Of a DNA stretch of 64,000 nucleotides, positions 27,350 through 37,935 are shown piece by piece. The DNA is from an uncultured Candidatus Saccharibacteria bacterium (lineage in GTDB: Bacteria > Patescibacteriota > WWE3 > CAZQQZ01). The position numbers and the translations under genes were made by a program. The notes under the pieces are model-generated. The model was not told the origin of the DNA, ran no database searches, and saw nothing but the letters and a program-made list of their open reading frames with translations. Each line of letters starts with the position of its first letter. Positions within the stretch are counted from its first letter, which is position 1. The stretch is taken from NCBI GenBank assembly GCA_964595755.1, contig CAZQQZ010000001.1:22228-86227 (forward strand), in the 5' to 3' direction.

Positions 27350-27607
27350 TTAAGAAGCGATAACGGAAACTTTCTGTTTACCAGTTTTTCGATGACCGAA
27401 TAGAATTTTCCCCTCCTTTTCCGCAAACAGAGTATGGTCCTTTCCCATCCCAACGTTTTTTCCGGCAACTACCTTGGTGCCTCTTTGGCGAACAATAATG
27501 TTGCCGGCCAAAACAGTTTGGCCATCATAAAGCTTAACGCCTAAACGCTTGCCCTTAACCTTAACTCCTTGTGATGCTCCAGAACCGCCGGATTTTTTAT
27601 GCGCCAT
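27350..27607 (-). CDS. rpmA: 50S ribosomal protein L27
   Basis: [10 protein letters not shown]...[11 protein letters not shown] matches L27. Confidence 0.9.
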   Translation of the reverse strand: MAHKKSGGSGASQGVKVKGKRLGVKLYDGQTVLAGNIIVRQRGTKVVAGKNVGMGKDHTLFAEKEGKILFGHRKTGKQKVSVIAS

Positions 27608-27613
27608 AGATTT

Positions 27614-27910
27614 TTATGAAATTTTGTCCACTTTAAGAACAGTTAAAAAAGATCGGCTGCCAATTCGTCTTCGATGCCTGCTTTTTGCCCTAAATCTTCG
27701 AACATGCATCTTTTCTCCTCTTTTTTGTTCGGCTACGGAAAGGTCAACTTTAGCTCCAGTCAACGTTGGCGTGCCGACCTCCATTTTATCCCCATCCATT
27801 GTCATAAGTACCGTTGCCTCTGGTTTTTCGGTTTTTTTAACCTCAAAGGTATCTCCTTCCGAAACAATATATTGCGCGCCATTTAGTTTTATTACTGCTT
27901 GTTTTGCCAT
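27614..27910 (-). CDS. rplU: 50S ribosomal protein L21
   Basis: MAKQAVIKLNGAQYIVSEGD...HVRRFRAKSRHRRRIGSRSFLTVLKV matches L21. Start taken at the internal Met. Confidence 0.85.
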   Translation of the reverse strand: MAKQAVIKLNGAQYIVSEGDTFEVKKTEKPEATVLMTMDGDKMEVGTPTLTGAKVDLSVAEQKRGEKMHVRRFRAKSRHRRRIGSRSFLTVLKVDKIS

Positions 27911-27945
27911 AGACTGGGGGATTCTACCCTTTTTCCATCTTTCCG

Positions 27946-29049
27946 TCAACCACAAGATACAACGTTATCAAAAAGGGCCTTGTCGTTCGCATCAAGTGAT
28001 TTATGAATGGCCACACTCTGGACAACTCCCAGAAAAATCATCATCGTAAGCAGAGAGCTACCACCATAGGAAATTAAAGGCAAAGGGATTCCGGTGATCG
28101 GCATAATACCAATGTTCATGCCGACATTAACCACAAGCTGCACAAGAATAATGGAAAAAACCCCCACACAAATTAAAGAACCCAAGCAATCCGCGGATTT
28201 GGCGATCTGAAGAATTCTAAGTAGCAAAAAAAGGAAGAGAAAAAGCATCAAAATCGTTCCCAAAAAACCCCACTCTTCGGCGAAGGAAGCAAAAATGAAG
28301 TCCGTATGGTATTCTGGCAAAAACCTTAAGTGCGATTGGGTCCCTCTCCCAAATCCCCTTCCTAGTATCTTTCCACTACCAACCGCAATCTTTGCTTGAA
28401 TTACATTATAGCCTCGCCCAAGAGGATCCAAGGCCGGATTAAAAAAAGAAATAAGCCGATTTTTCTGGTATTCTTTCAAAATATTCCAAAACGGGTAAGA
28501 AATAATTCCCCCCAACGAAAATATGGAAATTATGTAAGGAATAGGTATTCCCGAGTAAAAAACCATAAAAAACCAAACGGCGATTAAAACAATTGAAGTT
28601 CCAAGATCGGGTTGTATAAAAACTAATGCTGCTAAAGGTAAAGTGATGGTAAGAGTACCTAAAAGTTTAGACAAAGAAATTTTCACGAAAACTTTTGAAA
28701 GGTAACCTGCCAAAGAAATGACGAGGGTTATTTTTGCAAATTCTGATGGTTGCAACCCAAACTCCCCGAAAGTAAACCAGCGAGAAGAACCTCTGGTTAC
28801 CTCCCCAAGAACATAAACAGCAACTAAAGAAAAAACAGATAATATAAAGATAGGATTTTTTAAAGCCACGAGAGAATGATAATCAATAAAAGAAAAAAGA
28901 AAATAAAAGACCAAAGAGACACCGAAAAAAACAATTTGATTATCGGCCGAGGCACGACTCGTCGAATAAAGCGCCGAATACCCAAGCATGAACAGAAAAA
29001 CCATCGGAAGAAAGAGCAAAAAATCGAATCGGGGTAATGTTTTTAACAT
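27946..29049 (-). CDS. rodA: SEDS-family peptidoglycan glycosyltransferase (RodA-like)
   Basis: Ten TM helices and the SEDS motifs PDLGTSIVL and RFLPEYHTDFIFASFAEEWGFLG. Lies outside the dcw cluster, so RodA is inferred rather than FtsW. Confidence 0.7.
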   Translation of the reverse strand: MLKTLPRFDFLLFLPMVFLFMLGYSALYSTSRASADNQIVFFGVSLVFYFLFSFIDYHSLVALKNPIFILSVFSLVAVYVLGEVTRGSSRWFTFGEFGLQPSEFAKITLVISLAGYLSKVFVKISLSKLLGTLTITLPLAALVFIQPDLGTSIVLIAVWFFMVFYSGIPIPYIISIFSLGGIISYPFWNILKEYQKNRLISFFNPALDPLGRGYNVIQAKIAVGSGKILGRGFGRGTQSHLRFLPEYHTDFIFASFAEEWGFLGTILMLFLFLFLLLRILQIAKSADCLGSLICVGVFSIILVQLVVNVGMNIGIMPITGIPLPLISYGGSSLLTMMIFLGVVQSVAIHKSLDANDKALFDNVVSCG

Positions 29050-29065
29050 CAGAAATGTTTGTAAA

Positions 29066-31984
29066 TCAAACCTTCTCTATCGAGAAATTCTCTCCTTTGG
29101 TCATTGAGACGGCTAAAGTTTTTGCCATAATTTTGTCTTTAAAAAGCTCTACTGCCTTGACATTTTCGGGAGTATCTTTATAAACTACCTTGATTTTATC
29201 GGATATTGCGAACACGGAATCTTTTCTTAAAGTTTGAATCGTCCGCATCATATCTCTTGCGGTTCCTTCCGCTTTAAGCTCGTCTGAAAGTTTCGTATCG
29301 AGAGTAACCTTAAGATCCGCTCTTTTATTAACCTCAAAAACTACCTCCTTCACATTTAGCTCGTCTTTAATAAGAGGAAAAAGGGTGTCAGCGACTGTTT
29401 TTGAATATTCAACTGTCACTTTGGCGAGAGGCTGGCGAACCTTAAGTTGTTGATCCTTACGCTCCGCGTGCCCCAAAGCGCAAACTTCCCTAACCGTCCC
29501 CATTTCCTCCATCAACTGTGTATCGATACATAGAGACAGTGGGGTAGGGAAATCGGACAAATGAACAGAGATACTTTTTTCGTTTTTTTCATTAAATCTT
29601 TGCCAAAGTTCTTCGCTTATAAACGGAGTAAACGGAGCTAAGAGACGAACCAAGTTCGTAAGAACGTAGTGAAGAACCGAGAGACACTCTTTACCATCGG
29701 GGGTATCTTTAGCTTCATAAGACAACCGATCTCGCGAACGCCTGATGTACCAACCAGAAAGGTCATTTATAACGAAATTTTCTATTGCCTGAGATGCCTT
29801 AACGTGATCATAATGGTCGAGCCTTTCGGTCACTTCTCTTATTAGTGAGTGTAGGCGGGAGATAATCCATCGGTCCAAAACGTTCTTAAATTTTGTTTTT
29901 TCCGTGATTTTAAGTTCGAATAAAGACTTGGTCCCAGCTTTAGCTTGATCGTAAAATTGGTAGCAATTCCAAAGAGGAAGTATAAAACGTCGTCTTACTT
30001 CATTCGCAGGCGTGTAACCAAAGTTTAGATTTAATTCAATCGGTTGAGTCACATAAAGCCATCGCATCACGTCCACCCCCATTTTCTCGGCCGCATCATC
30101 AAACCAAATCGCGTTCCCTTTGCTTTTGTGCATCTCTTCGCCCTTTTCGTCCTTTACGAGACCGTGTCCTACAAGTTGTTTAAAAGGAGGCTTGCCGGTT
30201 AGAACGGTACTCATCGCAATCAAAGAGTAAAACCAATTTTTAAATTGCCCGGGGAAGCATTCCAAAACTAAATCAGCCGGAAACCACTTTTTAAAGTATT
30301 TCTCATCCGTAAAATACTTCAGGGTTGAATAGGCAACAATCCCCGCATCAAGCCAAGGGTTACCAACATCTGGAATCCTAGAGGCTAGTTTCCCACATTT
30401 TTCACACTTTATTTTTATCTCATCCACATAAGGCCGATGAGGAGTGTGCCCTTCAAACTTATCCCACCCAGAAACCGCTCGTCTTTTAAGCTCTTCTAAA
30501 GATCCGATCACCTCAAAATTTCCACAAGAACACTCCCAAATTGGAAGGGCTAATCCCCAATAACGCTTTTTGGAAATCAGCCAATCTTCCATATTATTTA
30601 GCCAATCCAGCTCTCTTCTATAACCAAAATCCGGTGCCCACTTTATTTCCTTAATCACTTTCTTCATCATCTCTCGCGGACTATCCTTTTTAAAATCCCG
30701 CTCTCCCTCTTTGGCTCCCATAGAGATGTACCATTCATCAACCACCCGCCAAATTAGTTCGGTTTTGCAGCGCCAGCAGACAGGGTAACGATGAGTTACA
30801 TTTTTAAGCCCAAAAAGATAAAGTCCTTTTTCAACTTTTCCAAGGTAATCAAATATCAGTGGAGGATCATCCTTTGCGTTTTTCTTGGATAAATTGCCGA
30901 AACCGGTAAGATAATTGCCCGCCTCGTCCACTAGAGGAAGAACACACCCAAGAAGCTGAAGATACCTCGCTAAGCGAAAATCTTCCGTTCCGCACCCGGG
31001 GGCGATGTGGACCAAACCAGTACCCTCTTCTTCATTAACCAAATCCTCACTCAAAACCACTTGATGAAATCTGTTTCCTTGGTCTTTCGCCATCTTTGCC
31101 ACTTCCGGAAGCGAATCAAACGGACCTTTGTAATTTAATCCTGAAAGTTTCTCCCCCAAAACTACCTTTTCCGGAGCAATGCCCCCAAATATCTCACTCC
31201 CAAGCTTCCTAGAAACCCAATACTTTTTTCCTTCATAAGAAATCAAGGCGTATTCCATCTTTGGATTAACGGCAACTAGAGTGTTTCCTGGGATGGTCCA
31301 GGGGGTAGTTGTCCAAACCAAGAGGAACTCGCCGTATTTTACGAGAGGAAACCTCATAAAAACAGATTTGTGAGTAAGCTCTTTGTATTCCTCCGTTAAA
31401 ATTTCATGTTGGGAAATGGCTGTCCCACACCTCGGGCACCAGGGAACGCTATCTTTGCCTTTGTATAACCAATTACTTTCCCAACATTTCTTGAGGAAGG
31501 CCCAAATCGCATAATTATTCTCTTCGCTCATCGTAAAATAATCGTTCCCCCAATCCATAAAATAGCCTAAACGCTGACTCTGCTTTGTCTGAACATCGGC
31601 GAAGTGTTTCGTGTGTTCTTTACAATCTTCAACGAACTTCGCAATCCCGTATTTTTCGATCTCCGTTTTTGATTTAAATCCTAATTTTTTCTCCACCTCT
31701 ACCTCCACCCAAAGCCCTTGGTTATCAAACCCGTTTTGATACCTCTGTCGATATCCCTTCATCGTTTTATATCTCTGATAAAGGTCTTTTAAAGTCCTTC
31801 CCCAAGCATGATGGACTGCCATCGGATTATTGGCGGTAATTGGGCCATCCAAAAAGGAAAATTGCTTTTCCGATTTTTCATTCTTTTTGAGATATTTCTG
31901 TAAAACTCCGTTTTCTTCCCAAAATTTAAGGGTTTTGTGTTCTATTTCTATAAAATTTGGGGAGTTACTTTGAGTTTCCGACAT
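29066..31984 (-). CDS. ileS: isoleucyl-tRNA synthetase
   Basis: 972 aa with a HIGH-region variant ([11 protein letters not shown]), KMSKS variant (HKSKGNAI) and an editing-domain region. Confidence 0.9.
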   Translation of the reverse strand: MSETQSNSPNFIEIEHKTLKFWEENGVLQKYLKKNEKSEKQFSFLDGPITANNPMAVHHAWGRTLKDLYQRYKTMKGYRQRYQNGFDNQGLWVEVEVEKKLGFKSKTEIEKYGIAKFVEDCKEHTKHFADVQTKQSQRLGYFMDWGNDYFTMSEENNYAIWAFLKKCWESNWLYKGKDSVPWCPRCGTAISQHEILTEEYKELTHKSVFMRFPLVKYGEFLLVWTTTPWTIPGNTLVAVNPKMEYALISYEGKKYWVSRKLGSEIFGGIAPEKVVLGEKLSGLNYKGPFDSLPEVAKMAKDQGNRFHQVVLSEDLVNEEEGTGLVHIAPGCGTEDFRLARYLQLLGCVLPLVDEAGNYLTGFGNLSKKNAKDDPPLIFDYLGKVEKGLYLFGLKNVTHRYPVCWRCKTELIWRVVDEWYISMGAKEGERDFKKDSPREMMKKVIKEIKWAPDFGYRRELDWLNNMEDWLISKKRYWGLALPIWECSCGNFEVIGSLEELKRRAVSGWDKFEGHTPHRPYVDEIKIKCEKCGKLASRIPDVGNPWLDAGIVAYSTLKYFTDEKYFKKWFPADLVLECFPGQFKNWFYSLIAMSTVLTGKPPFKQLVGHGLVKDEKGEEMHKSKGNAIWFDDAAEKMGVDVMRWLYVTQPIELNLNFGYTPANEVRRRFILPLWNCYQFYDQAKAGTKSLFELKITEKTKFKNVLDRWIISRLHSLIREVTERLDHYDHVKASQAIENFVINDLSGWYIRRSRDRLSYEAKDTPDGKECLSVLHYVLTNLVRLLAPFTPFISEELWQRFNEKNEKSISVHLSDFPTPLSLCIDTQLMEEMGTVREVCALGHAERKDQQLKVRQPLAKVTVEYSKTVADTLFPLIKDELNVKEVVFEVNKRADLKVTLDTKLSDELKAEGTARDMMRTIQTLRKDSVFAISDKIKVVYKDTPENVKAVELFKDKIMAKTLAVSMTKGENFSIEKV

Positions 31985-32123
31985 AATTTTGGCTAAACAT
32001 CAAATCCACCCGACGCGCTCGTAAAATCAAAACGCCTAAAAGTAGAGTGCAAACAAATACCAATCCCAAAAAACCTAGGTAAAGTCGATTCATAAATTGG
32101 GACTATACTACCATAAAAATTGA

Positions 32124-32810
32124 CTAGAATCTAAGCGCCACCTTAGGCGCAATCGCTTTTATCTTCGGAAAAAGAATATCAAAAAACTCCCGCTTGTAAG
32201 GTTTTACACTTTTAAAAAACGGGTCGAGCGTAGAAATAGGGTTAAAGTTCTGTAGAAACCATTTATCTTTCTTTCCAATAATCCTCGCCATCGCTAAAAG
32301 ACCCTCTTCGTTATGAATTCCCGGAACAACTGTCGTTCTAATCTCAAAGGTAATTCCGCTCTTTCTAAGAATCTCAAACGATTTTAGAAAGTTTTCGTAA
32401 TCTGACTCCTTATAAATTTTTCCACTTTCCCTCACTTCTTTAAAATCAAGGGCAACATAATCAAGTAACTTTTCTGATGTTAACCTACTTAATACCTCGA
32501 AGTTAAGCCCATTGGTGTCAAGTTTAATAAGAAAACCTAAACTGCGACATTTTTTGATAAATTCAAAAAGATCCGATTGAAGGGTGGGCTCACCGCCGGA
32601 GATAACTATTCCGTCCAAAAGTCCTTTTCGGCTTTCTAAAAACTTAAAAAAGTAGGTTTCATCTATCTTTGGCAACTTTTCTGGAGTTAAAACTAATTCT
32701 TGGTTATAACAAAAAGGGCAACGGAGGTTGCAATATTGGGTAAAAATGATGCAGGCGACTTTGTTCGGAAAATCCATCAAAGTAATTTTTTGTAGTCCTC
32801 GAATCTCCAT
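32124..32810 (-). CDS. nrdG: radical-SAM activating enzyme, probably anaerobic ribonucleotide reductase activase
   Basis: CNLRCPFCYN (CxxxCxxC) radical-SAM motif in a ~228-aa protein. nrdD is 3 kb away. Confidence 0.6.
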   Translation of the reverse strand: MEIRGLQKITLMDFPNKVACIIFTQYCNLRCPFCYNQELVLTPEKLPKIDETYFFKFLESRKGLLDGIVISGGEPTLQSDLFEFIKKCRSLGFLIKLDTNGLNFEVLSRLTSEKLLDYVALDFKEVRESGKIYKESDYENFLKSFEILRKSGITFEIRTTVVPGIHNEEGLLAMARIIGKKDKWFLQNFNPISTLDPFFKSVKPYKREFFDILFPKIKAIAPKVALRF

Positions 32811-32861
32811 AAGTACCTAAATTTAACACTTTTTGATATTTATGGTAAAATGAAGATAACA

Positions 32862-32885
32862 AAAGGCAGGATTTGCCTTTTTTGG
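32862..32885. other. orphan terminator-like hairpin in the nrdG/typA divergent intergenic region
   Basis: AAAGGCA-GGATT-TGCCTTT: a 7-bp stem with T-runs on both sides, 25 bp upstream of the typA ATG. Confidence 0.3.
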
Positions 32886-32910
32886 TTGTTAGAAGTATTT
32901 TTTATAACGT

Positions 32911-34731
32911 ATGGCAAAAGAAAACATTAGAAATGTCGCGGTTATCGCCCACGTTGATCACGGCAAAACCACTTTAATAGACGCTCTTCTTAAGCAAACT
33001 CATGTTTTTCGCGACAACGAAAAGGAAATGAGCGAACAATGTATTCTCGATAGTTCGGATCTTGAACGAGAAAAAGGAATTACCATCTTGGCCAAAAACT
33101 GCACCGTTTTTTATAAAGGCATAAAAATTAACATTATTGATACTCCAGGTCACGCCGATTTTTCGGGGGAAGTAGAACGCACGCTTGGAATGGCGGACGG
33201 AGCCCTTCTTATTATCGACGCCCAAGAAGGGCCAATGCCCCAAACCAGATTTGTGCTTAAAAAAGCCCTTGAACTAGGATTAAAAATCATTGTCGTTATC
33301 AATAAAATTGACAAGCAGTTTGCCGATGTCGACCGAGCAATTTCCAAAACAAGCGATTTATTTTTGGATATCGCAACAGATGAAACTCAAATAGATTTTC
33401 CCGTTCTTTACGCCGTCGGTCGGGCAGGGGCGGTTTATAATGAAGTTCCGAGTGATCTTAACGAGCCGCAAAATGCCCTACAGCTTTTGGATAAAATAAT
33501 CGATTACGTTCCCGCGCCAAAAGGTGAATCTTCTGGCCTTTTTAAAATGGTTGTTTCCTCTCTCGATCATGATATTCATCTAGGACAAATCATTCTTGGA
33601 AAAATTTATTCCGGTACGATTTCTGAAGGCCAAGAAGTTATCCTTGCCCAAAAGCCAGAAACAAAATTAAAGATTGAACGGGTAATGGTTAATTCTGGAC
33701 TAACGAGAATAAAAACAGAAAAAGCTGAAGCGGGCGATATTGTCGCTCTCTCCGGAATTCAAGAGGTGGAAATCGGAATGACTTTAACCGACCCAAAAGA
33801 GCCTTCCCCACTACCCGCGCCAAAAATCTCGGAACCAACCCTTCATATGAGCCTTGGACCTAATACTTCCCCATTCTCTGGGAAAGAGGGGCAATTTTGC
33901 ACCGCCAGGCAACTTGAGGAAAGACTAAACCGGGAACTCAAGAAAAATTTAAGCTTAAGGGTAGAAAAAATGGACAATAATAAATTTAAAATTTCGGGAC
34001 GGGGAGAACTACATCTAGCAATTCTGCTTGAAACAATGAGACGAGAAGGCTACGAAATGGAAGTTGGGAAACCAGAAGTCATCGTTAAAAATATCGACGG
34101 AGCCGACTCTGAGCCTGTCGAAGAAGTTGATATTATCGTTCCGGAAATGCATGTTGGGACAATTAATCGAGAGCTTGGAGCAAGGGGCGGTAGTTTAATT
34201 AAAATGAGCCCATTAACGGAAACAGAAATGGAATTTATTTATGAAATTCCAACTAGGGCTTTAATTGGATTAAGGAGTCTGCTTCTAACCCAAACAAAAG
34301 GGACGGTGGTTTTTAATTCAATTGTGACCGGATATGCTCCTTTAGGAAAGCCTTTACAAAAACTCCGCCAAGGTGCGTTGGTTTCCGCAGAGACCGGACC
34401 CGCCCTTTCTTATGGTCTGGAAAACGCCCAAGGCCGGGGAATTACTTTCGTAGACCCTGGAATTCAAGTATACGAAGGAATGATTATTGGTCTTGGGGCT
34501 AAGGAAAATGACATTGACATCAATGTCTGTAAAGGCAAGCATTTGACTAACATTCGCGCCGCTTCCGCCGATAAAATGATCCAACTAGCCCCCTCAACCA
34601 TTTTGAGTTTGGAGCAATCGCTTGATTTCTTAGAGAACGATGAACTTCTCGAAATTACCCCAAAGTCATTGAGGCTCCGTAAAAAATTTCTAACTGACTT
34701 AGACAGAAGACGCGCCAAAAGAGCAGGCTAA
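32911..34731 (+). CDS. typA: translational GTPase TypA/BipA
   Basis: [18 protein letters not shown]1 motif and DTPGHADF. 606 aa with an EF-G-like domain order. Confidence 0.9.
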   Translation: MAKENIRNVAVIAHVDHGKTTLIDALLKQTHVFRDNEKEMSEQCILDSSDLEREKGITILAKNCTVFYKGIKINIIDTPGHADFSGEVERTLGMADGALLIIDAQEGPMPQTRFVLKKALELGLKIIVVINKIDKQFADVDRAISKTSDLFLDIATDETQIDFPVLYAVGRAGAVYNEVPSDLNEPQNALQLLDKIIDYVPAPKGESSGLFKMVVSSLDHDIHLGQIILGKIYSGTISEGQEVILAQKPETKLKIERVMVNSGLTRIKTEKAEAGDIVALSGIQEVEIGMTLTDPKEPSPLPAPKISEPTLHMSLGPNTSPFSGKEGQFCTARQLEERLNRELKKNLSLRVEKMDNNKFKISGRGELHLAILLETMRREGYEMEVGKPEVIVKNIDGADSEPVEEVDIIVPEMHVGTINRELGARGGSLIKMSPLTETEMEFIYEIPTRALIGLRSLLLTQTKGTVVFNSIVTGYAPLGKPLQKLRQGALVSAETGPALSYGLENAQGRGITFVDPGIQVYEGMIIGLGAKENDIDINVCKGKHLTNIRAASADKMIQLAPSTILSLEQSLDFLENDELLEITPKSLRLRKKFLTDLDRRRAKRAG

Positions 34732-34736
34732 TTTAT

Positions 34737-34772
34737 GTACGAAAACATCGACGGTCGTCGATAAAACCGTAC
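34737..34772. repeat. 36-bp nested palindromic element, copy A (GTACG-AAAAC-ATCGAC-GGTC-GTCGAT-AAAAC-CGTAC)
   Basis: Seen directly. The second copy, at 35610-35645, is identical at 34 of 36 positions. Confidence 0.8.
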
Positions 34773-34827
34773 ATCGTTATTTTGGGGAAACAGACACTCT
34801 GGTAACTTCTGGTACTTTAATTAAGAG

Positions 34828-35583
34828 TCAAAGATTTACTTCGATTTTTTTTCGTATTTCGTCGAATATTTTCCTTGCTTCTCTGCCTCCCCAATCAGCA
34901 GGCAAAATTTCGTCAGGAAGATATGGGTCTTCTTTCAGTATTTCTAAATATTGACCAAAAAATGAAGTATTAACTACCGATGAATTCACGTTTATATTCT
35001 TTTTGCAATTTTCTATGAGGAGGGAGTATCTTTCAGAAATCGCAGGAAGATCCCACGCCTTCATAGCTATTTCTTCATTCGAGTAAGATCCGACTTTCTC
35101 CGCTTCAAAAAACAAAACTCCTATTTCGATATTTTCCGTTTTAAACAATTCTTCTATCTCGTCAATAACTGGATGCGGGGATATCCAAACGCTTTCTTGA
35201 AGTAAACCAAACCCAAGTTGGCGAAGATGATTTCTAACACGTTCTCGCGCATTTCTACTTTTTTCTTCTATGTCAAAAATCACAATTCTCCACTTCTTAT
35301 CCCATGGTTTTTTATTAATCTTGTTAATATTTATTGTTCTGTTTAGAGTCTTAAGGCCTAAACTAGTTATTTTATAACGAATCTCTCCCTCTTGAGATAC
35401 TTCTTTTTCTATTTCACCAACAGACACTAACCTTCTTACCGCCTGCTCTACTTTCCGATCCTTCTTACCCATTCTCAGACCAAGAATATCGTGAGATCTT
35501 TTATTGTAAAGACCAGAAACATAACTCCAATAATCAACCGTTTCCGCAAGTTCTATTAGGATTTTATCTTTTGTTCTCATCAC
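34828..35583 (-). CDS. PaaX-family-like transcriptional regulator (winged HTH plus PaaX_C-like domain)
   Basis: The central motif WDKKWRIVIFDIEEKSRNARERVRNHLRQLGFGLLQESVWISP matches the PaaX-family signature (W.G.W.lv.fdiPE..R..R..lr..L...GfG.lq.SVwisP). The N-terminal region is winged-helix-like. Confidence 0.55.
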   Translation of the reverse strand: MMRTKDKILIELAETVDYWSYVSGLYNKRSHDILGLRMGKKDRKVEQAVRRLVSVGEIEKEVSQEGEIRYKITSLGLKTLNRTININKINKKPWDKKWRIVIFDIEEKSRNARERVRNHLRQLGFGLLQESVWISPHPVIDEIEELFKTENIEIGVLFFEAEKVGSYSNEEIAMKAWDLPAISERYSLLIENCKKNINVNSSVVNTSFFGQYLEILKEDPYLPDEILPADWGGREARKIFDEIRKKIEVNL

Positions 35584-35609
35584 TCTATATGTTACTTCAT
35601 TTTATTAGT

Positions 35610-35645
35610 GTACGAAATTATCGACGGTCGTCGATAAAACCGTAC
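35610..35645. repeat. 36-bp nested palindromic element, copy B
   Basis: gtacgaaattatcgacggtcgtcgataaaaccgtac. It lies 27 bp upstream of the PaaX-like start codon and just after the nrdD stop. Confidence 0.8.
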
Positions 35646-35683
35646 ATAATCCTGAGGGAAAATTGCGCCGACCGATATCAACC

Positions 35684-37801
35684 TTAGACCTTATATTCCT
35701 TCCTCATCGCAAATTCGGATTGCTTTCCATCATTCCACTGCTTTACCGGGCGCAAATAACCAACAATCCTTGAGAATACTTCACACTCTGCCTTGCAATC
35801 CGGACATTCAAAATGCTCTCCCGCAATATACCCATGAGTTGGGCAAATGCTGAATGTTGGCGTTAGAGTAAAGTAGGGCAAGTGGTAATTCGAAGAAATC
35901 TTTCTTACCAAAGATTTTACTGCCTCAATCGAGGGAAGCTTCTCCCCCACAAATCCGTGCAAAACCGTTCCCCCGGTGTATTTAGTCTGAATTTCGTCCT
36001 GAAGGGTAAGGGCAGCAAATAAATCATCGGTATAGTTTACCGGCAGTTGAGAGGAGTTGGTGTAAAAAGGAGCGGCTCGCTTTTGCAAGTAGTCAAGCTC
36101 ATTGGCAACTACAATATCGGGATACATCTGCTTATCTTTCTTGGCCAAGCTAAAGCTAGTGCCTTCCGCTGGAGTTGCCTCCAGGTTATAAAGCTCATTC
36201 TGCTCTTTTTGAAAATCCCCCAATTTCTCCCGCATAAAATCTAGCACCTCCACCGCGAACTCCCGCCCTTCATCCGAAGCAATATTCTTCCTCATGAAAT
36301 TCATAATCGCTTCGTTCATTCCACAAAGTCCAATTGTATTAAAGTGGTTTTTCCAGTATGCCCCAAATCTTTCCTTAACTGAGGAAAGGTAAACCTTGGC
36401 GTATGGATACAGTCCTTGATCAGTAAAAGTCTCGAGAACATTCCTTTTTAAAGAAAGACTATCTTTAGCAAGCATCATTAACTTTTCAAGACGGGAGAAG
36501 AAATCCTTTTTATCATTGGCTAAATACCCAATTCTTGGCATATTTATGGTAACGACCCCAATACTTCCAGTCAAGGGATTAGAGCCAAATAACCCTCCAC
36601 CACGTTTCCTTAGTTCTCTCTTATCAAGACGCAATCGACAGCACATCGAACGAGCGTCCGAAGGATCCATATCGGAATTAACAAAGTTTGCAAAATAGGG
36701 AATCCCGTATTTTGCCGTCATTTCCCAAATCGGCTCCAAATTTTTATTATCCCAATCAAAATCCTTGGAAATATTGTAAGTGGGAATGGGAAAGGTAAAA
36801 ACCCGACCCTTAGCGTCCCCCTGGACATAAACCCGAGCGAGCGCTCGATTTATCATATCCATCTCTACCTGAAACTCGCCGTATTTTTTATCAATCGGTT
36901 TTCCCCCAACAATGGCATGATCTTTCGCAATATCTTTGGGGGGTGTCAAATCGAGAGTTATGTTGGTAAAGGGAGTCTGAAAGCCGACCCGGGTTGGGAC
37001 ATTGGCGTTAAACATAAATTCCTGAAGCGCTTGTTCCACTTCTCGTTCGGTAAGTTTATCCACCCAAACAAAAGGGGCAAGGTAAGTATCAAAATTGGAA
37101 AAAGCGACCGCCCCAGCGATTTCCCCCTGAAGGGTATACAAGAAGTTAACCATCTGCCCAAGGGCCACCCGGAGGTGCTTGGGAGGCTTACACTCAATTT
37201 TCCCAGAAACTCCACCGAAACCTCGAATAAGTAAATCACGAAGGTCCCACCCACAACAATACGGAGCTAGAATCTGAAGATTATGAATATGCATGTCTCC
37301 CTTAACGTGAGCATCGCGAATTTCCGAGGAATATATTTTATTAAGCCAGTAGCGGGCGGAAATGGTTGAAAAAACATGGTTATTTAACCCCTGCAAAGAA
37401 TAATCCATATTGGAATTCTCTTTAACTCGCCAGTCAGAACGGGTTAAATAGCTGTCCATCAGCTCGTCAGTATCAACCAGAGAGTTTATATCGCGGATGC
37501 GGTTATGAAGATCGCGGTACAAAATATAAGATTTGGCGGTTTTTGCGTGTCCAGTTTCGATCAAAACCTTCTCTACAATATCTTGAATATCTTCCACCGA
37601 AGGAATCGTGTGTCCATCATATTTTTTTTCGAGCAAAGTAACGACCTTATCAGAAAGCGCTTTCGCCAGCTCCTTGTCCTTTCCCCCAACACTACGAGCC
37701 GCTTTAAAAATCGCGTCCGTAATCTTAACTTGCTCGAAAGGAACAATTCTCCCATCTCTCTTTCTGATTTCGGTTACCGTAATATCTTTTGTCTTTTCCA
37801 T
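35684..37801 (-). CDS. nrdD: anaerobic ribonucleoside-triphosphate reductase (class III)
   Basis: N-terminal ATP-cone. C-terminal CPxHG...CPDC zinc ribbon and glycyl-radical motif RIVGY. Confidence 0.85.
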   Translation of the reverse strand: MEKTKDITVTEIRKRDGRIVPFEQVKITDAIFKAARSVGGKDKELAKALSDKVVTLLEKKYDGHTIPSVEDIQDIVEKVLIETGHAKTAKSYILYRDLHNRIRDINSLVDTDELMDSYLTRSDWRVKENSNMDYSLQGLNNHVFSTISARYWLNKIYSSEIRDAHVKGDMHIHNLQILAPYCCGWDLRDLLIRGFGGVSGKIECKPPKHLRVALGQMVNFLYTLQGEIAGAVAFSNFDTYLAPFVWVDKLTEREVEQALQEFMFNANVPTRVGFQTPFTNITLDLTPPKDIAKDHAIVGGKPIDKKYGEFQVEMDMINRALARVYVQGDAKGRVFTFPIPTYNISKDFDWDNKNLEPIWEMTAKYGIPYFANFVNSDMDPSDARSMCCRLRLDKRELRKRGGGLFGSNPLTGSIGVVTINMPRIGYLANDKKDFFSRLEKLMMLAKDSLSLKRNVLETFTDQGLYPYAKVYLSSVKERFGAYWKNHFNTIGLCGMNEAIMNFMRKNIASDEGREFAVEVLDFMREKLGDFQKEQNELYNLEATPAEGTSFSLAKKDKQMYPDIVVANELDYLQKRAAPFYTNSSQLPVNYTDDLFAALTLQDEIQTKYTGGTVLHGFVGEKLPSIEAVKSLVRKISSNYHLPYFTLTPTFSICPTHGYIAGEHFECPDCKAECEVFSRIVGYLRPVKQWNDGKQSEFAMRKEYKV

Positions 37802-37935
37802 AGGCAGGGTGTAACTTAGGATTCCAAGTCTAAAGGCGATTAAAATCTATTGCAAACGAACTCGAAAAAATTTGGGGCGTTATTAAAAGAAAAAATTTCC
37901 CTCCCGCCCACTTTTATGCATGATCAACCTATCCG

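Noticed and set aside
37802-37935. NrdR box upstream of nrdD
   Set aside because: No clear 16-bp NrdR-box palindrome (acaCwAtATaTwGtgt) could be recognised by eye, and no nrdR gene is in the window.
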